NCBI RefSeq assembly: GCF_022045235.1
Contig: NW_027266268.1
Coordinates: forward strand, 18,414,001 to 18,478,000
Direction of reading: 5' to 3'
From: Haliotis cracherodii
Taxonomy: Eukaryota
DNA length: 64,000 nt
The number at the start of each line of letters is the position of its first letter. Within the stretch, counting starts at the first letter, position 1. Positions 42,553-53,357 of this stretch are shown here, piece by piece. Position numbers and translations under genes: made by a program. The notes under the pieces were generated by a model, which saw nothing but the letters and a program-made list of their open reading frames with translations, was not told the DNA's origin and did not search any database.

Positions 42553-42628
42553 CTCTCACAAGGGGTACAGTTATCACCGCTAACACTAAAAACAGTGCTG
42601 CGACTATCCCCTTCGCTGTCCGTAACAT
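42553..42628 (-). CDS. Notch: Notch-like receptor, coding part of exon 1 (signal peptide)
   Basis: ATG at 42628 (context gcaATG) encodes MLRTAKGIVAALFLVLAVITVPLVR plus one G: basic n-region, hydrophobic h-region and a VRG cleavage-type motif. It ends at donor AG|GTGAGA (GT = 42552-42551) in phase 1, which matches the phase-1 start of the EGF exon at 26163, and lies in a CpG-rich zone. The gene name is inferred from exon architecture only. Confidence 0.75.
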
Positions 42629-43350
42629 TGCGCACAGAATTTGTAATCCAATTCCTCACGAATTGCACATATCCTAATTCCATATAGAATAAATCCGCAT
42701 AGCGTCCGAGGAGTGTAAATCCCTTCGTATTGGTCCCTCTCACTGGTAATCCAACTTTACTTCTCCCTATTCCTTTCAATAAAACTTTACTCGTGCCAAG
42801 CCGCTTGCGGCGAGCGTCTTACATATTACTACGCCCGGCGCGCGGATACCTGGAGTGAACACCTTCGATGAAAACCAGAATCAATAACATATTCCCTTCT
42901 TGCAAGATTGCACAAGCTGTACAGTGCATTGATAACTGAGGGTATAGCTAAAAATAATGTTCCCAGGCCGTTGAACTGCAGTGGCATCGAGGGACTATAT
43001 CTTCCCGTTCTCGAGCCAGGGTAGTGAAGAGGCACATTTACATAGAATCACAACACCGGCGGCCCGTGTGTTCAAAGGAGAGAGCGTTCCGCTCTGGTAA
43101 AGCACACGACAGCAAACGCTGGCACACGACAGGTCCGCGCAACCGAGAGTGAGATTATAAAGGCTAGGTTCAGTACCTTTATACCACCAGGCCATATCCT
43201 GGTTTTCCGTGATACACGTGCGATATGCACAGTGTCAAAAGCCAAGGCTGCTTTGAAACCCAATTCGTATTTTGAAAGATAGAATTTTAAAAACGTGTGG
43301 CTGAATAGATCCCCTAACAATGCGCGACACTGAGGTACAATATGTTTATT
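42629..43350 (-). promoter_or_regulatory. Putative 5' UTR / core promoter of the Notch-like gene
   Basis: CpG-rich, repeat-free stretch directly upstream of the ATG, with a TTATAA at about 43155-43160 and a direct repeat GCACACGACAG at 43102 and 43122. The TSS cannot be determined from sequence. Confidence 0.5.
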
Positions 43351-43977
43351 CAAAAAGAATTAATAAAACCGGACGTGTTGAGTTTGCTTTTGTTTGTGGT
43401 GTTTATATTCTAATTTTGCGTCCTTAAACGACTTCGCTTTCAGTTGGCATTTCGGAGTATAGTGCCAGTTTGGCTCAATCAAAGTTAAGTTTATTGTTCA
43501 TGAAATCAAGATGCTTTCCTAAGAAAATGATACCGAAATGTGACCAAAATCTGCGTTAAAGTTGTGTGTGATCTGTATGCTACCCACACTGATAATCTAT
43601 ACTTCTGAGTTAAATAATTCACTGAAAGCAAGTACCGTGTCTTGGGCTCTACTGAAAACGGCTCATAATTAAAGTCGTGTTCGAAAAGGTAGCATTTATT
43701 ATTGAAGAAACCTACTCTTGAGTTGAGGTTTTATATATGGAGTTATACGTATGGGAGGTAGTTGACATTTTGATTTATTATGCTCTTCAAAAACGTAATT
43801 CCGCTTTGATAAGAAAATTCTCCGATATTTCAAAATATAGTTGTGAATAAACGGCCGTTAACTAAACCAAAATCGGATATATGAACTTAGTGCACACATG
43901 CAGCATCAGCAACAGCGGCAGGCTTTTCGGTGAAGTTATGTTAAAAAATTTTGATATGAACTTTAATTCTTACTGAT

Positions 43978-44560
43978 GGGTGAAATGGGTTCTAACGTCG
44001 ATCAAGATTATTACTTTGTGTGTGCTTCTTTAGTTTAACGCTACACCCAACAATATTCCAGCTATGTGACGGCGGTCTGTAAATAATAGAGTCTGGACCA
44101 GACGATCCAATGATCGACATCGTGAGCATCAATCCACACGATTGGGATACGATGACATGCATTGGCCAAGTCTACGAGCCTGACCACCTGACCCCGTTAG
44201 TTGCTTCTTACAATAAGCATAATCGTCCTTTATGGCAAGCATGAGTTGTTGAAGACCTATGCCACCCCGGATCTTCACGGGTTCAAAGATTATTGCACTC
44301 ACATAGCGACATGTATGCACGTGTGTGTGTCCGGACGTATGCTGGTTTCATAGTGCTAGCCCACTGAGATACTATGTCGCAGTTTAACAGGGATACCCAA
44401 CTCAGACACAGTATACTGACTCTGAGCCAACCAGTCCTTGTTTTAGCCCATTAATGCCGAGCTCCAGGCAGGGTAACAACAAGAACAATCTTTCAGACAC
44501 AGGATCGAACCACTGACCTACCGCTCTCCCGGACGACGCTTTCTCCATTAGACCACGGAG
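43978..44560 (-). mobile_element. Family B MetaSINE interrupted by a family C element (44013-44285)
   Basis: The family C copy is flanked by AAGATTATT (44004-44012, 44286-44294) inside the MetaSINE tail. Confidence 0.8.
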
Positions 44561-45101
44561 ACAGATGGACTAGTTTGACGCAATATCGACGTGATTGTTA
44601 CAAAGAACGACGTCATCCTTTGTTCATGACGTCGCTCGAACAATTGATTTTTCTACATTTTCTGAAAAAGACTATGTGAAATAAAATGATTAACCCACGA
44701 CCTCTGTACAGGCTTGGAGTAGTCAATAATAATGACTCGTAGGGTATTCGCCACAAGTCTTCGTTAGCCCGACAACCTTACTATACGGGCGATTACTGGT
44801 AAAAACATCTGTATACAATTCCTGGGACAAAAAACACGTATTCATGATTATATTATCTTAACATTAGGTAACAAGGACTATTTTGTAATATTTCTATATG
44901 AACATTGTAAAATGTTAACTTACATTTGTGTTTGTTTGTTGTTTAACGCCGCACTCATTAATATTCCAGCTACATGACGGCTGCTGTTAACTTAAATCCC
45001 CCCCCCCCCCCCCCCCCCCCCACGTCCCCCTGTATACACCGATTGTATGGTTGTATTTATATCATGCTTATGTTGTATTTAATGTCTAATCGTTTTTCAT
45101 A

Positions 45102-45242
45102 NNNNNNNNNNNNNNNNNNNNNNNNNNNNNNNNNNNNNNNNNNNNNNNNNNNNNNNNNNNNNNNNNNNNNNNNNNNNNNNNNNNNNNNNNNNNNNNNNNN
45201 NNNNNNNNNNNNNNNNNNNNNNNNNNNNNNNNNNNNNNNNNN
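45102..45242. other. Assembly gap (N run)
   Basis: N bases. Confidence 1.
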
Positions 45243-45696
45243 TACTCTGGACTCCGTTAGACCGAAACCCTGTTTTCCGGATGAGAACTACTGACAAGGT
45301 TTAGGTATATGTAAAGGGAATTACGCCGTATACGATGACACCTATGCCTCACGCCCTCGCCAGTAAGCCACTCTGCCGCTCCCCTATTCGGGATCCAGGC
45401 TTGTTTACACGATAGTATTTACATTTCGTGAAGTGTTAGTACACATACACACGGGAGAGTGCACAAATGGAGGTCAAAATTTGTTATAATAAAGTTTGCG
45501 AAAAAAAATGTACCCCTCTCAGAAAACTTGAAATTTAAACCAACGTCACCGGCATTGATATTCTTTATCATGTTGATAGAGATGGGTTTATTGTGAAGAG
45601 GTTCAAAGGGGTTTGGTTGTTGTTTTACGCCGCAGTCAACAATACACAGGATATATCACTGTAAATGAGTGAGTCTGCACCATACTAACTGGTAAC

Positions 45697-46342
45697 GACC
45701 GCCTCCGTGGTCTAGTGAGTCCGCCCGGAGAGGACCCGTGAGTATTCCGGGTTAGAATAGGTTTTCAGCAACCCATGCTTGCCGTAAAAGTTGACTATGC
45801 TTGTCGTAAAAGGCGACTAACGGGATCGGGTTGTCAGGCTCGCTGATTTGGTTGATACATGTCATCGTATCCCAATTGCGTTGATCGATGCTCATGATAT
45901 TAATCACTGGATTGTCTGGTCCAGACTCGATTATTTACAAACCGCCGTCATATAGCTGGAATATTGATGAGTGCGGCGTTAAACAACAAACCAACCAACC
46001 AACCAACCGCCCGGAGAGCGGAAGGTCCGGGGTTCGATCCCCAGGCCGCGTCATACCAAAAGACGTTAAAAGATGGTACTTGTTGTTACCCTGTCTGGCG
46101 CTCGGCATTAAGGGTCTAAAACAAGGACTGGTCGGCTCGTAGTCAGTATACTGTGTCTGAGTGGGGTATTCATGTTAAACTGTGGCATGGTATCTCAGTG
46201 AGCTAGCACTATAAATCGGCATCAGTCTGGACTAGTACAAGCAGCCACACACACACACACACACATACACGTGCATGCACGTCGCTATATAAGTGCAATA
46301 ATCTTGGACGCGACGTTAACCCCTATTTCACCTCACCTCACC
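45697..46342 (+). mobile_element. Family B MetaSINE interrupted by a full-length family C element (45733-46006)
   Basis: 12-bp TSD CCGCCCGGAGAG (45721-45732, 46007-46018) inside the tRNA head; the family C copy starts exactly at GACCCGTGA. Confidence 0.9.
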
Positions 46343-47346
46343 TTCGTTGGCTCGTGGAGACGCAATCAACCAAGTCACCGAGCCTAACCACCATATTCAT
46401 CAAGTCGCCTTTTATACCACACCCATCGCTATATCGGTGAAATAATGGCGATGTGACGTTAAATTTTAACTCACTATACGACAACCAGGAGAGGGTTGGG
46501 GACCTATTCTGTGTCCCCACAGCATCTGGTGGGCATGACCATAGGTTTGAAATACTCTTTAGTGAGTTAGGTTTAACGCCGTTTTAACAGTATTTCAGGA
46601 TTATTTACAGACCGCCGCCATATAGCTTGAATATTGCTGAGTGCGGCGTTAAACAACAAACAAACAATTTTTAGTCCTCCGAGAGTGTAGTCTAGTCAAC
46701 CGCGTCTCCTTGTCTAGGGTGTTTAGGTGAACACACCAACCTTGTCGAAACAGCCATTTACAAAGTACAGAACATTTGAGCCTGTGGCTTTCTTACTGTT
46801 TTAACAGGAAACATTTTTTAATAGTTGCTATATACACCAACCGCGAGTGAGTTCACAGAGTTGCTCCAAGGCTGCACCGAAAGTCCATGGATGTGTAGGA
46901 ATTCTATCCTCCTGACAGGCAAGTCTAGATATGTGGACAGGACAAGGAATCCAGTCTCTTATAGGGACAACTTGTTCTTATTATTTACAAAATCTAGAAA
47001 TAAGGATTTAAACTAATAATTATTGCCTTAAGAGACTTGTGCAAGTCTACTGAGTTCTGTGTAGCGCTATTGTGCACAGTATTCAGTTACATATATATCA
47101 TGGCATGTCAACTTGATGTGGGAGGAAGGCCCGAAGTAATGCAGGCCGCATACGTTGACAAACGCGGAAATATTCCTGACAAGACATTCATTGTGGCATA
47201 CTAAGTTTCATCGGCGCGAGTATGCTTTTAGTAAGCCCCGTTCTCACATCATACTTAGGGGTACATACATACTTCAGTATAGCAAGATCTGTCGGACAGA
47301 ACTTGGTATATACCCACTATTAGTATCAATAATCAAAAGATCAAAA

Positions 47347-47580
47347 GACCCGTGAAGATTCGGGGTAGAATAGGTCTTCAGCATCCCATGCTTGCCACAA
47401 GAGGCGACTGACGGAATCGGGTGGTCAGGCTCGCTCACTAGCTTGGTTGATGCATGTCATCGTACCCCAATTGCGTCGATCGATGCTCATGACATCAATC
47501 ACTGGATTGTCTAATCCAGACCCGATTATTTACAGACCGCCGTCATATAGCTGGAATAAACAACAAACAAACATACAAAC
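47347..47580 (+). mobile_element. Family C element
   Basis: Starts GACCCGTGAAG; single-motif variant. Confidence 0.85.
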
Positions 47581-48053
47581 AATAACACAAAAATAATTGA
47601 TTACAAGTTTTACTTAGATAACTCAACAAATGTCATTCTTAAACATGCCTTGGAAGCAAATATCAATCTGGTCATAAATCTACTGGGTTCATAAATTCAA
47701 TAAAATAATGCAAACTTTTTAAAAAATAAATTCAAATAAATTTAATTCGTTAAGAGATTCTCTTATATCCAACAGCAAGTTAAAACATATACGTTTGCCA
47801 AGTCATCTATAAATGTTGAGAATTATCTTACTCGTTGTAAACACAAAGTCATAGGTAGATACTTTTAGATACTTTAAAAAACCCACCCACCAGAAGAACG
47901 TCTCAGTGAAACAAGTAATGTCTTAGAGGATGAGTAACACTATACAATGTCCTGTATAAAATATATACTTGTAATCAAGAAAGAGAATCACTTCTACAAA
48001 TAATGCTCAATCATGATAAACAATTTGGTACACATTGCGAAACAGTTCAATTA

Positions 48054-48228
48054 CAGTAAACTACGGTTATAACGAACTCGAAGGGACCACCAATTTTAGT
48101 TCGTAATAACCGTAGTTCGTTATAAGCATATATACAGCATTTATACAACAAATGGTCGGGACTAAAAAATAAGTTCGTTATATCGGTCAGTTCGTTATAA
48201 AGGTGTTCGTTATAAACGTAGTTTACTG
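48054..48228. mobile_element. Tc1/mariner (pogo-like) MITE, intact
   Basis: TA TSD; TIR CAGTAAACTACG(G/T)TTATAACGAAC; internal GTTCGTTATAA repeats. Confidence 0.88.
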
Positions 48229-48372
48229 TATTAATAATATTAACTAACCGTCATCCAGAAACTATTGCTGAGAACTGTTATCATATCTACATTTTGAAAT
48301 AAGTCCCTTGTATGTGCAGATTTATCCTAGTTTTCTCAACTCTCACATCATGTTTCCATATCTTAATGTAAC

Positions 48373-48602
48373 CTGTCGTGAAGATCCGGGATAGAATAGG
48401 TCTTCAGCAACCCATGCTTGCCATTAAAGGTGACCATGCTTGTCGAAAGAAGCCACTAAACGGGATCGGGTGGTCAGGCTCGCTGACTTGGTTGATGCAT
48501 GTCATCGTATCCCAATTGCGCGATCGATGCTCATGACATCAATCACTGGATTGTCTGCTCCAGACTCGATTATTTACAGACTGTCGTCATATAGCTAAAA
48601 TA
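48373..48602 (+). mobile_element. Family C element
   Basis: Consensus match; part of a local duplication with 47347. Confidence 0.8.
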
Positions 48603-49068
48603 ATCGATTACAAGTCATATTTAGATAACTCAACAAATGTCATTCTTAAACATGCTTTGAAGTGAGTGAGTGTGGGTTTAAGCAGCTTTTAGCACTAGCC
48701 CAGCAATATCACGTCGGGGAACACCAGAAATGGGTTTGGAAGCAATATCAATCTTTCTTGTGAAAACTTCAGCTGGTTTAATATATTCAATAAAATAATA
48801 AAAACTTTTTTGTAAACACAAATAAATGCAATAAATCAACTGTAAATAAACTTTAGTCCAAATGTCAAAACATGTTCAAGGATTCATTAAGGGATTTTCA
48901 TATATCCAGCAGCAAGTTAAGAACATACAGGTTGGTCAAGTCATCATAGAGTTCTATTCCCCAAATGGTTACAATTTGTGAATCCCATTTCTGCTGTCTC
49001 CTGCCGTGATAATGCTGAAATATTTCTCACAGTGGCATAAAACACAACTCACTCACTCACAACCCTCA

Positions 49069-49239
49069 GGGGCGCTGGGGTAGCCTGTTGGTTAAAGCGT
49101 TCGCTAGTCACGCCAAAAGCCTGGGTTCGATTCTCCACATGGGTACAATGTGTGAAGCCCATTTCTAGTGTCCCCCGCCGTGATATTGCTGGAATATTGA
49201 TAAAAGCGGCGTAAAATCATTCTCACTCACTTACTCTCA
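49069..49239 (+). mobile_element. Family A SINE (preceded by an older partial copy at about 48950-49060)
   Basis: A/B boxes and tail. Confidence 0.85.
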
Positions 49240-49588
49240 CGATCCAGCTTATCAAATTGTCGCGGATTTGGATTTCAAAACTGATATTTAATGCACGTAT
49301 GTATATATAAATCATTATTCGCTTCATCAGATTTAGGAAAATGGTTTATGATTTTATGTTAAGATACGGTTCTCCTATAACAAATCTTCCATTATGTATA
49401 TACACAAGATGTCGGGACAGACGCGGGCTGCAGGGTCGTCTTATTTATAGTTTAAAAAATAATAACATGGGCACCACTTTCAATATAGCCATCTTTTATT
49501 AGCTGCTAATTACAATGTACATGTTACGATTTTGTAGCTCAATGTTTGTAAATGTATGGAAATGTGTGTACATATGTGAAATGTTATG

Positions 49589-49986
49589 TTGGTTGGTTGT
49601 TTTACGCAGCACTCAGCGATATTCCAGCTATATGACGGCGGTCTGTAAATAATCGAGTCTGGACCGATCAATCCAGTGATTGATATCAGGAGCATCGATC
49701 CACGCATTTGGTTGGTTGGTTGGTTAGTTGGTTTATTTACGCCGCGCACAGAATTATATTACAGCTATATGACGGCGATCAGTAAAATAATCGAGTCTGG
49801 ACCAGACAATCCGGTGATTGATATCATGAGCATCGATCCACGCAATTGGGATCGATGACCTGCATCAACCAAGTCAGCGAGCATGACCACCCGATCCCGT
49901 TACTCGCCTTTTACGACAAGCATAGTCGCCTTTTTCGGCAAGCATGGGTTGCTGAAGACCTATTCCACCCCGGATCATCACGGGTC
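49589..49986 (-). mobile_element. Family C element with an extra tandem 3' half
   Basis: Full copy at about 49710-49986 plus a 3' fragment at 49589-49706; degenerate TSD gaa(at/ta)gttatgt around the pair. Confidence 0.8.
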
Positions 49987-50140
49987 GAATAGTTATGTAC
50001 ATGTGCGAACAGGTGTGTAAATATATACGTTATATGTGTGTAAGTGTCTGTATATCGGTTGAATGTGTGTAAATATGTGTGTTCATGTTTTACAGGACTC
50101 CCGCAACACGCAAGGTGGTTTTACACTTTTGACGCCGCGC

Positions 50141-50497
50141 ACCGCCTCCGTGGTCTAGTGGTAGAGCGTCCACCCGAAGAGCGGAAAGTCCGGGGTTCGA
50201 TTCCCGGTCGCGTCATACAAAAATACGTTAAAATTTGGTACTTGTTGAAAACCTGTCTGGCGCTCGGCATTAAGGGGCTAAAACCAGGACTGGTCGGCTC
50301 GGAGTCAGAATACTGTGTCTGAGTTGGGTATTCATGAGTGAGTTGGATTTGCGGCATGGTATCTCAGTGAGCTAGCACTATAAATCGACATCAGTCCGGA
50401 GTAGTACAAGCAGCAACACAAACACACACACACGTGTATGCTCGTCGCTATATAAGTGCAATAATGTTGGACGCGACGTTGAACCCCATTTCACCTC
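50141..50497 (+). mobile_element. Family B MetaSINE-type element
   Basis: Full-length match to the 35908 copy. Confidence 0.85.
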
Positions 50498-51180
50498 CCC
50501 TTCAAGTTAACTTGAACTTGATACTTGTACAAATATCCCCCCCCCCCCCCCCCCCCCCCCCCTACGGCCTTGAATCTAGTAGTGTATTAACTAGATGTAT
50601 ACTCTTATACGCATGTGCACAGCTTGCATACTGAGACATGACATACACACATTCTGCAAGCGAATGTGAAAGTCATTAAAATGAATAAAGCATAATGAAT
50701 TATATTTTTGGGCCGTCACGGATCTGCTAGTTGGCATGCGTTATCTCCTATAGATACTAGTACTTTATTTACGGCATGTGTATGTCTTTTTTGTGGTATA
50801 ATATTGCAAAAACAAATCGGGGAGTCATATTTCCCCCTTTTTATGATGCCAAACCTGTACTTCATCCCCAAATTATTTCATATTTATTTTTGATATTACA
50901 TGTTTTCCAGTGATGTGTAACATATCATCAAAATACTTTGATGTTATGCAATTCATTCCCCAAGGAGGAGTTTTAGATGATTAATTTGAACTCCATTGGG
51001 TACACCCAAGGTCAAACCTGTAATCACAAAGAATCTTAATTTTCTGTGAAAAAAATAAGTGAACGTGAAAGAAGTGTTCACAGACGATCTAATGGGCATC
51101 ATGGGGGGAATGGGTGATTCTACAGACGTACTAGCTTGCCTCTCAGACCTTGGAGAATAGAATAAGAAATGAATCCAACT

Positions 51181-51356
51181 GAAATAAGGATAAGCATTTA
51201 TGGATAAACAACTTCTTTATTACAGCACCGTTATCAAGAAAGGGACGGTGTTAGAACCTACACCGAAACGTCGCTCTTAATTGTAATAAAGAAGTTGTTT
51301 ATCCATAAATTCTTATCCTCACTTAGTACTCCAACTTCTAAATGCCTATCAAAGAA
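51181..51356 (+). mobile_element. Fold-back insertion with Penelope-like tail and hammerhead-like remnant
   Basis: About 44-bp inverted arms (51181-51224 vs about 51282-51325); internal ggtgt-loop-acacc-GAAACGTCG; AATAAA; 10-bp TSD GAATCCAACT (51171-51180, 51357-51366). Confidence 0.7.
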
Positions 51357-51711
51357 GAATCCAACTCAAGTTTAGAATGATTTGACAAGTCCACATTGCC
51401 TCGCATTGTTCTGGGCTCTGTTTGGAATGCATTTTATATTTTGTACATATGTATCTTTAAATAAGATAACTTGATTTCTGGGAATAAATGTTACGCTACA
51501 GACCCCAAACCCCCCGCCCGCCCCTCCCCAACCCGTGCGCTGTATACTCGAGGGAGCTGCATGCAGGCATAGGGAAAGTTCAAGCAATGAACGCCAATCT
51601 GCCCCATATTCATGTTCAAACATCAGCAGAATAAAAATATATTGCGGGGCAACAGAAGAGTTTTTTCTTTATATAATCGAACTTTGAAAGAACTGTTGTT
51701 ATGTTTGATTA

Positions 51712-51817
51712 CACAGGGCCACGTATATCCATACTATACTGACTGTACTGATTACATTAAAAAAGAGTTTAATGTAATCAGTACAGTCAGTATAGTATGG
51801 CTATACGTGGCCCTGTG
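51712..51817. mobile_element. 106-bp near-perfect hairpin MITE, P-superfamily-like ends
   Basis: About 49-bp arms starting CACAGGGCCACG (CANRG terminus); 8-bp TSD TTTGATTA at 51704-51711 and 51818-51825. Confidence 0.85.
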
Positions 51818-52111
51818 TTTGATTATATCTACTTGACCACCTTTCATTCCTGCAACAGTTTGTAAAAGGTAATCTGTGGCTGGGACATTTATTTTTTTTT
51901 ACATTGGTTCAAAGACGACTGGGGTAAGAAACGAATTTGCAACCGAGCCCTACCATGTTTAAAATTTAGTAGATGTGTGCCGAAAAAAGCAAATTTACTG
52001 ATTTCCAAAGATGTCACCAGTTGTGCATTATGCAAAAAAAAAAATTATAGCTTAAGATACTTTCAATTAAAAATCAAACATGTGACAAAATCAACTGAGA
52101 GCTATAGTTTC

Positions 52112-52241
52112 AAAGTAGACAAAATTGATTGATAACAACTTCTTTAATACAAATATTAAAGAATATTAAAGAAGTTGTTATCCATAAATTGTGTCTACTT
52201 TGTCATCCGTCAACTCCTTAGTAATGCCTATCAAACAATTC
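52112..52241 (+). mobile_element. Fold-back insertion with Penelope-like tail
   Basis: Inverted arms aaagtagac...gataacaacttctttaata / tattaaagaagttgttatc...gtctacttt, tail taatgcctatcaaa; TSD AGCT(A/G)TAGTTTC at 52100-52111 and 52242-52253. Confidence 0.7.
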
Positions 52242-53109
52242 AGCTGTAGTTTCTTTCGCTCCAGAGCTTCCTACGTTCCTATTGTCCGGGGTACCACGTC
52301 CCAAGGACCCCTGACACACTCCACCGCTTCGTGGCCCCTCTTGTCACCCCCGGCTCACTGTGCTTGTCGTAAGAGGCGACTAACGGGACGCAGTGGTCAG
52401 GCTCCCTGACTTGGTTGATGCATGTCATCGTATCCCAATGGCGTGGATCGATGCTCATGATATCAATCACCGGATTGTCTGGTTCAGACTCGATTATGTA
52501 CAGCCCGCTGTTATGTAGCTGGAATATTGCTGAGTGCGGTATTAAACAACAAACAAACAAATAAACACTCCCGGTTCACAACGGTTTACTACGGCCCTGC
52601 TGACACAATGGGACAGACCACAACACACACCATAACTGACTGATCCGGGTTCATACTCTGCCTTTGTTTTAGACACAGGGGCTATAAATATCACTAGCTT
52701 TCTATGGCATTTATGACTACTTCACTGTCATTGACATTTTCTGTGTACCATGTTTCAGAATAAAAAAACCCGGTTCATCAGATGAATCTCGTTAAAAAAA
52801 TAGCGATAAACAAAAATCAAAATGTAGACATGTTGTCATGTATTTGAATAAATGTTATAGAATCTGGTAAAAGGAACGTTTTGGTGGTAATTGAGTAACC
52901 GAAGGTTTTGCCTGCAGAAGAGACACCTGCAATGTTTGCCCGAATCGTTCCATTGTTATTATAACCCCTCATTGGATCCGTGTGCAGTCACAGCTTCCTG
53001 GGCAGTATAAAACACAAGGTGACTGTGATGCGGCCGACGTGCTACATGTTTGAGTGTGGTGCCAAGCTGCCGAGCACAGTAACCATCCTAGTACTCTCCG
53101 TGAACAACG

Positions 53110-53316
53110 NNNNNNNNNNNNNNNNNNNNNNNNNNNNNNNNNNNNNNNNNNNNNNNNNNNNNNNNNNNNNNNNNNNNNNNNNNNNNNNNNNNNNNNNNNN
53201 NNNNNNNNNNNNNNNNNNNNNNNNNNNNNNNNNNNNNNNNNNNNNNNNNNNNNNNNNNNNNNNNNNNNNNNNNNNNNNNNNNNNNNNNNNNNNNNNNNNN
53301 NNNNNNNNNNNNNNNN
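53110..53316. other. Assembly gap (N run)
   Basis: N bases. Confidence 1.
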
Positions 53317-53357
53317 ACCAACCCACACTCACTCACTCACTCACTCACTCACTCACT

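Noticed and set aside
42549-42779. ORF-track 76-aa ORF as the gene's first coding exon
   Set aside because: Its frame ends in phase 2 and does not join the EGF frame; the signal-peptide frame from 42628 does. Kept only as an overlapping uORF.
52969-53109. GC-balanced, coding-looking stretch before the gap
   Set aside because: Truncated by Ns, with no recognisable domain or clear splice acceptor; cannot be supported.
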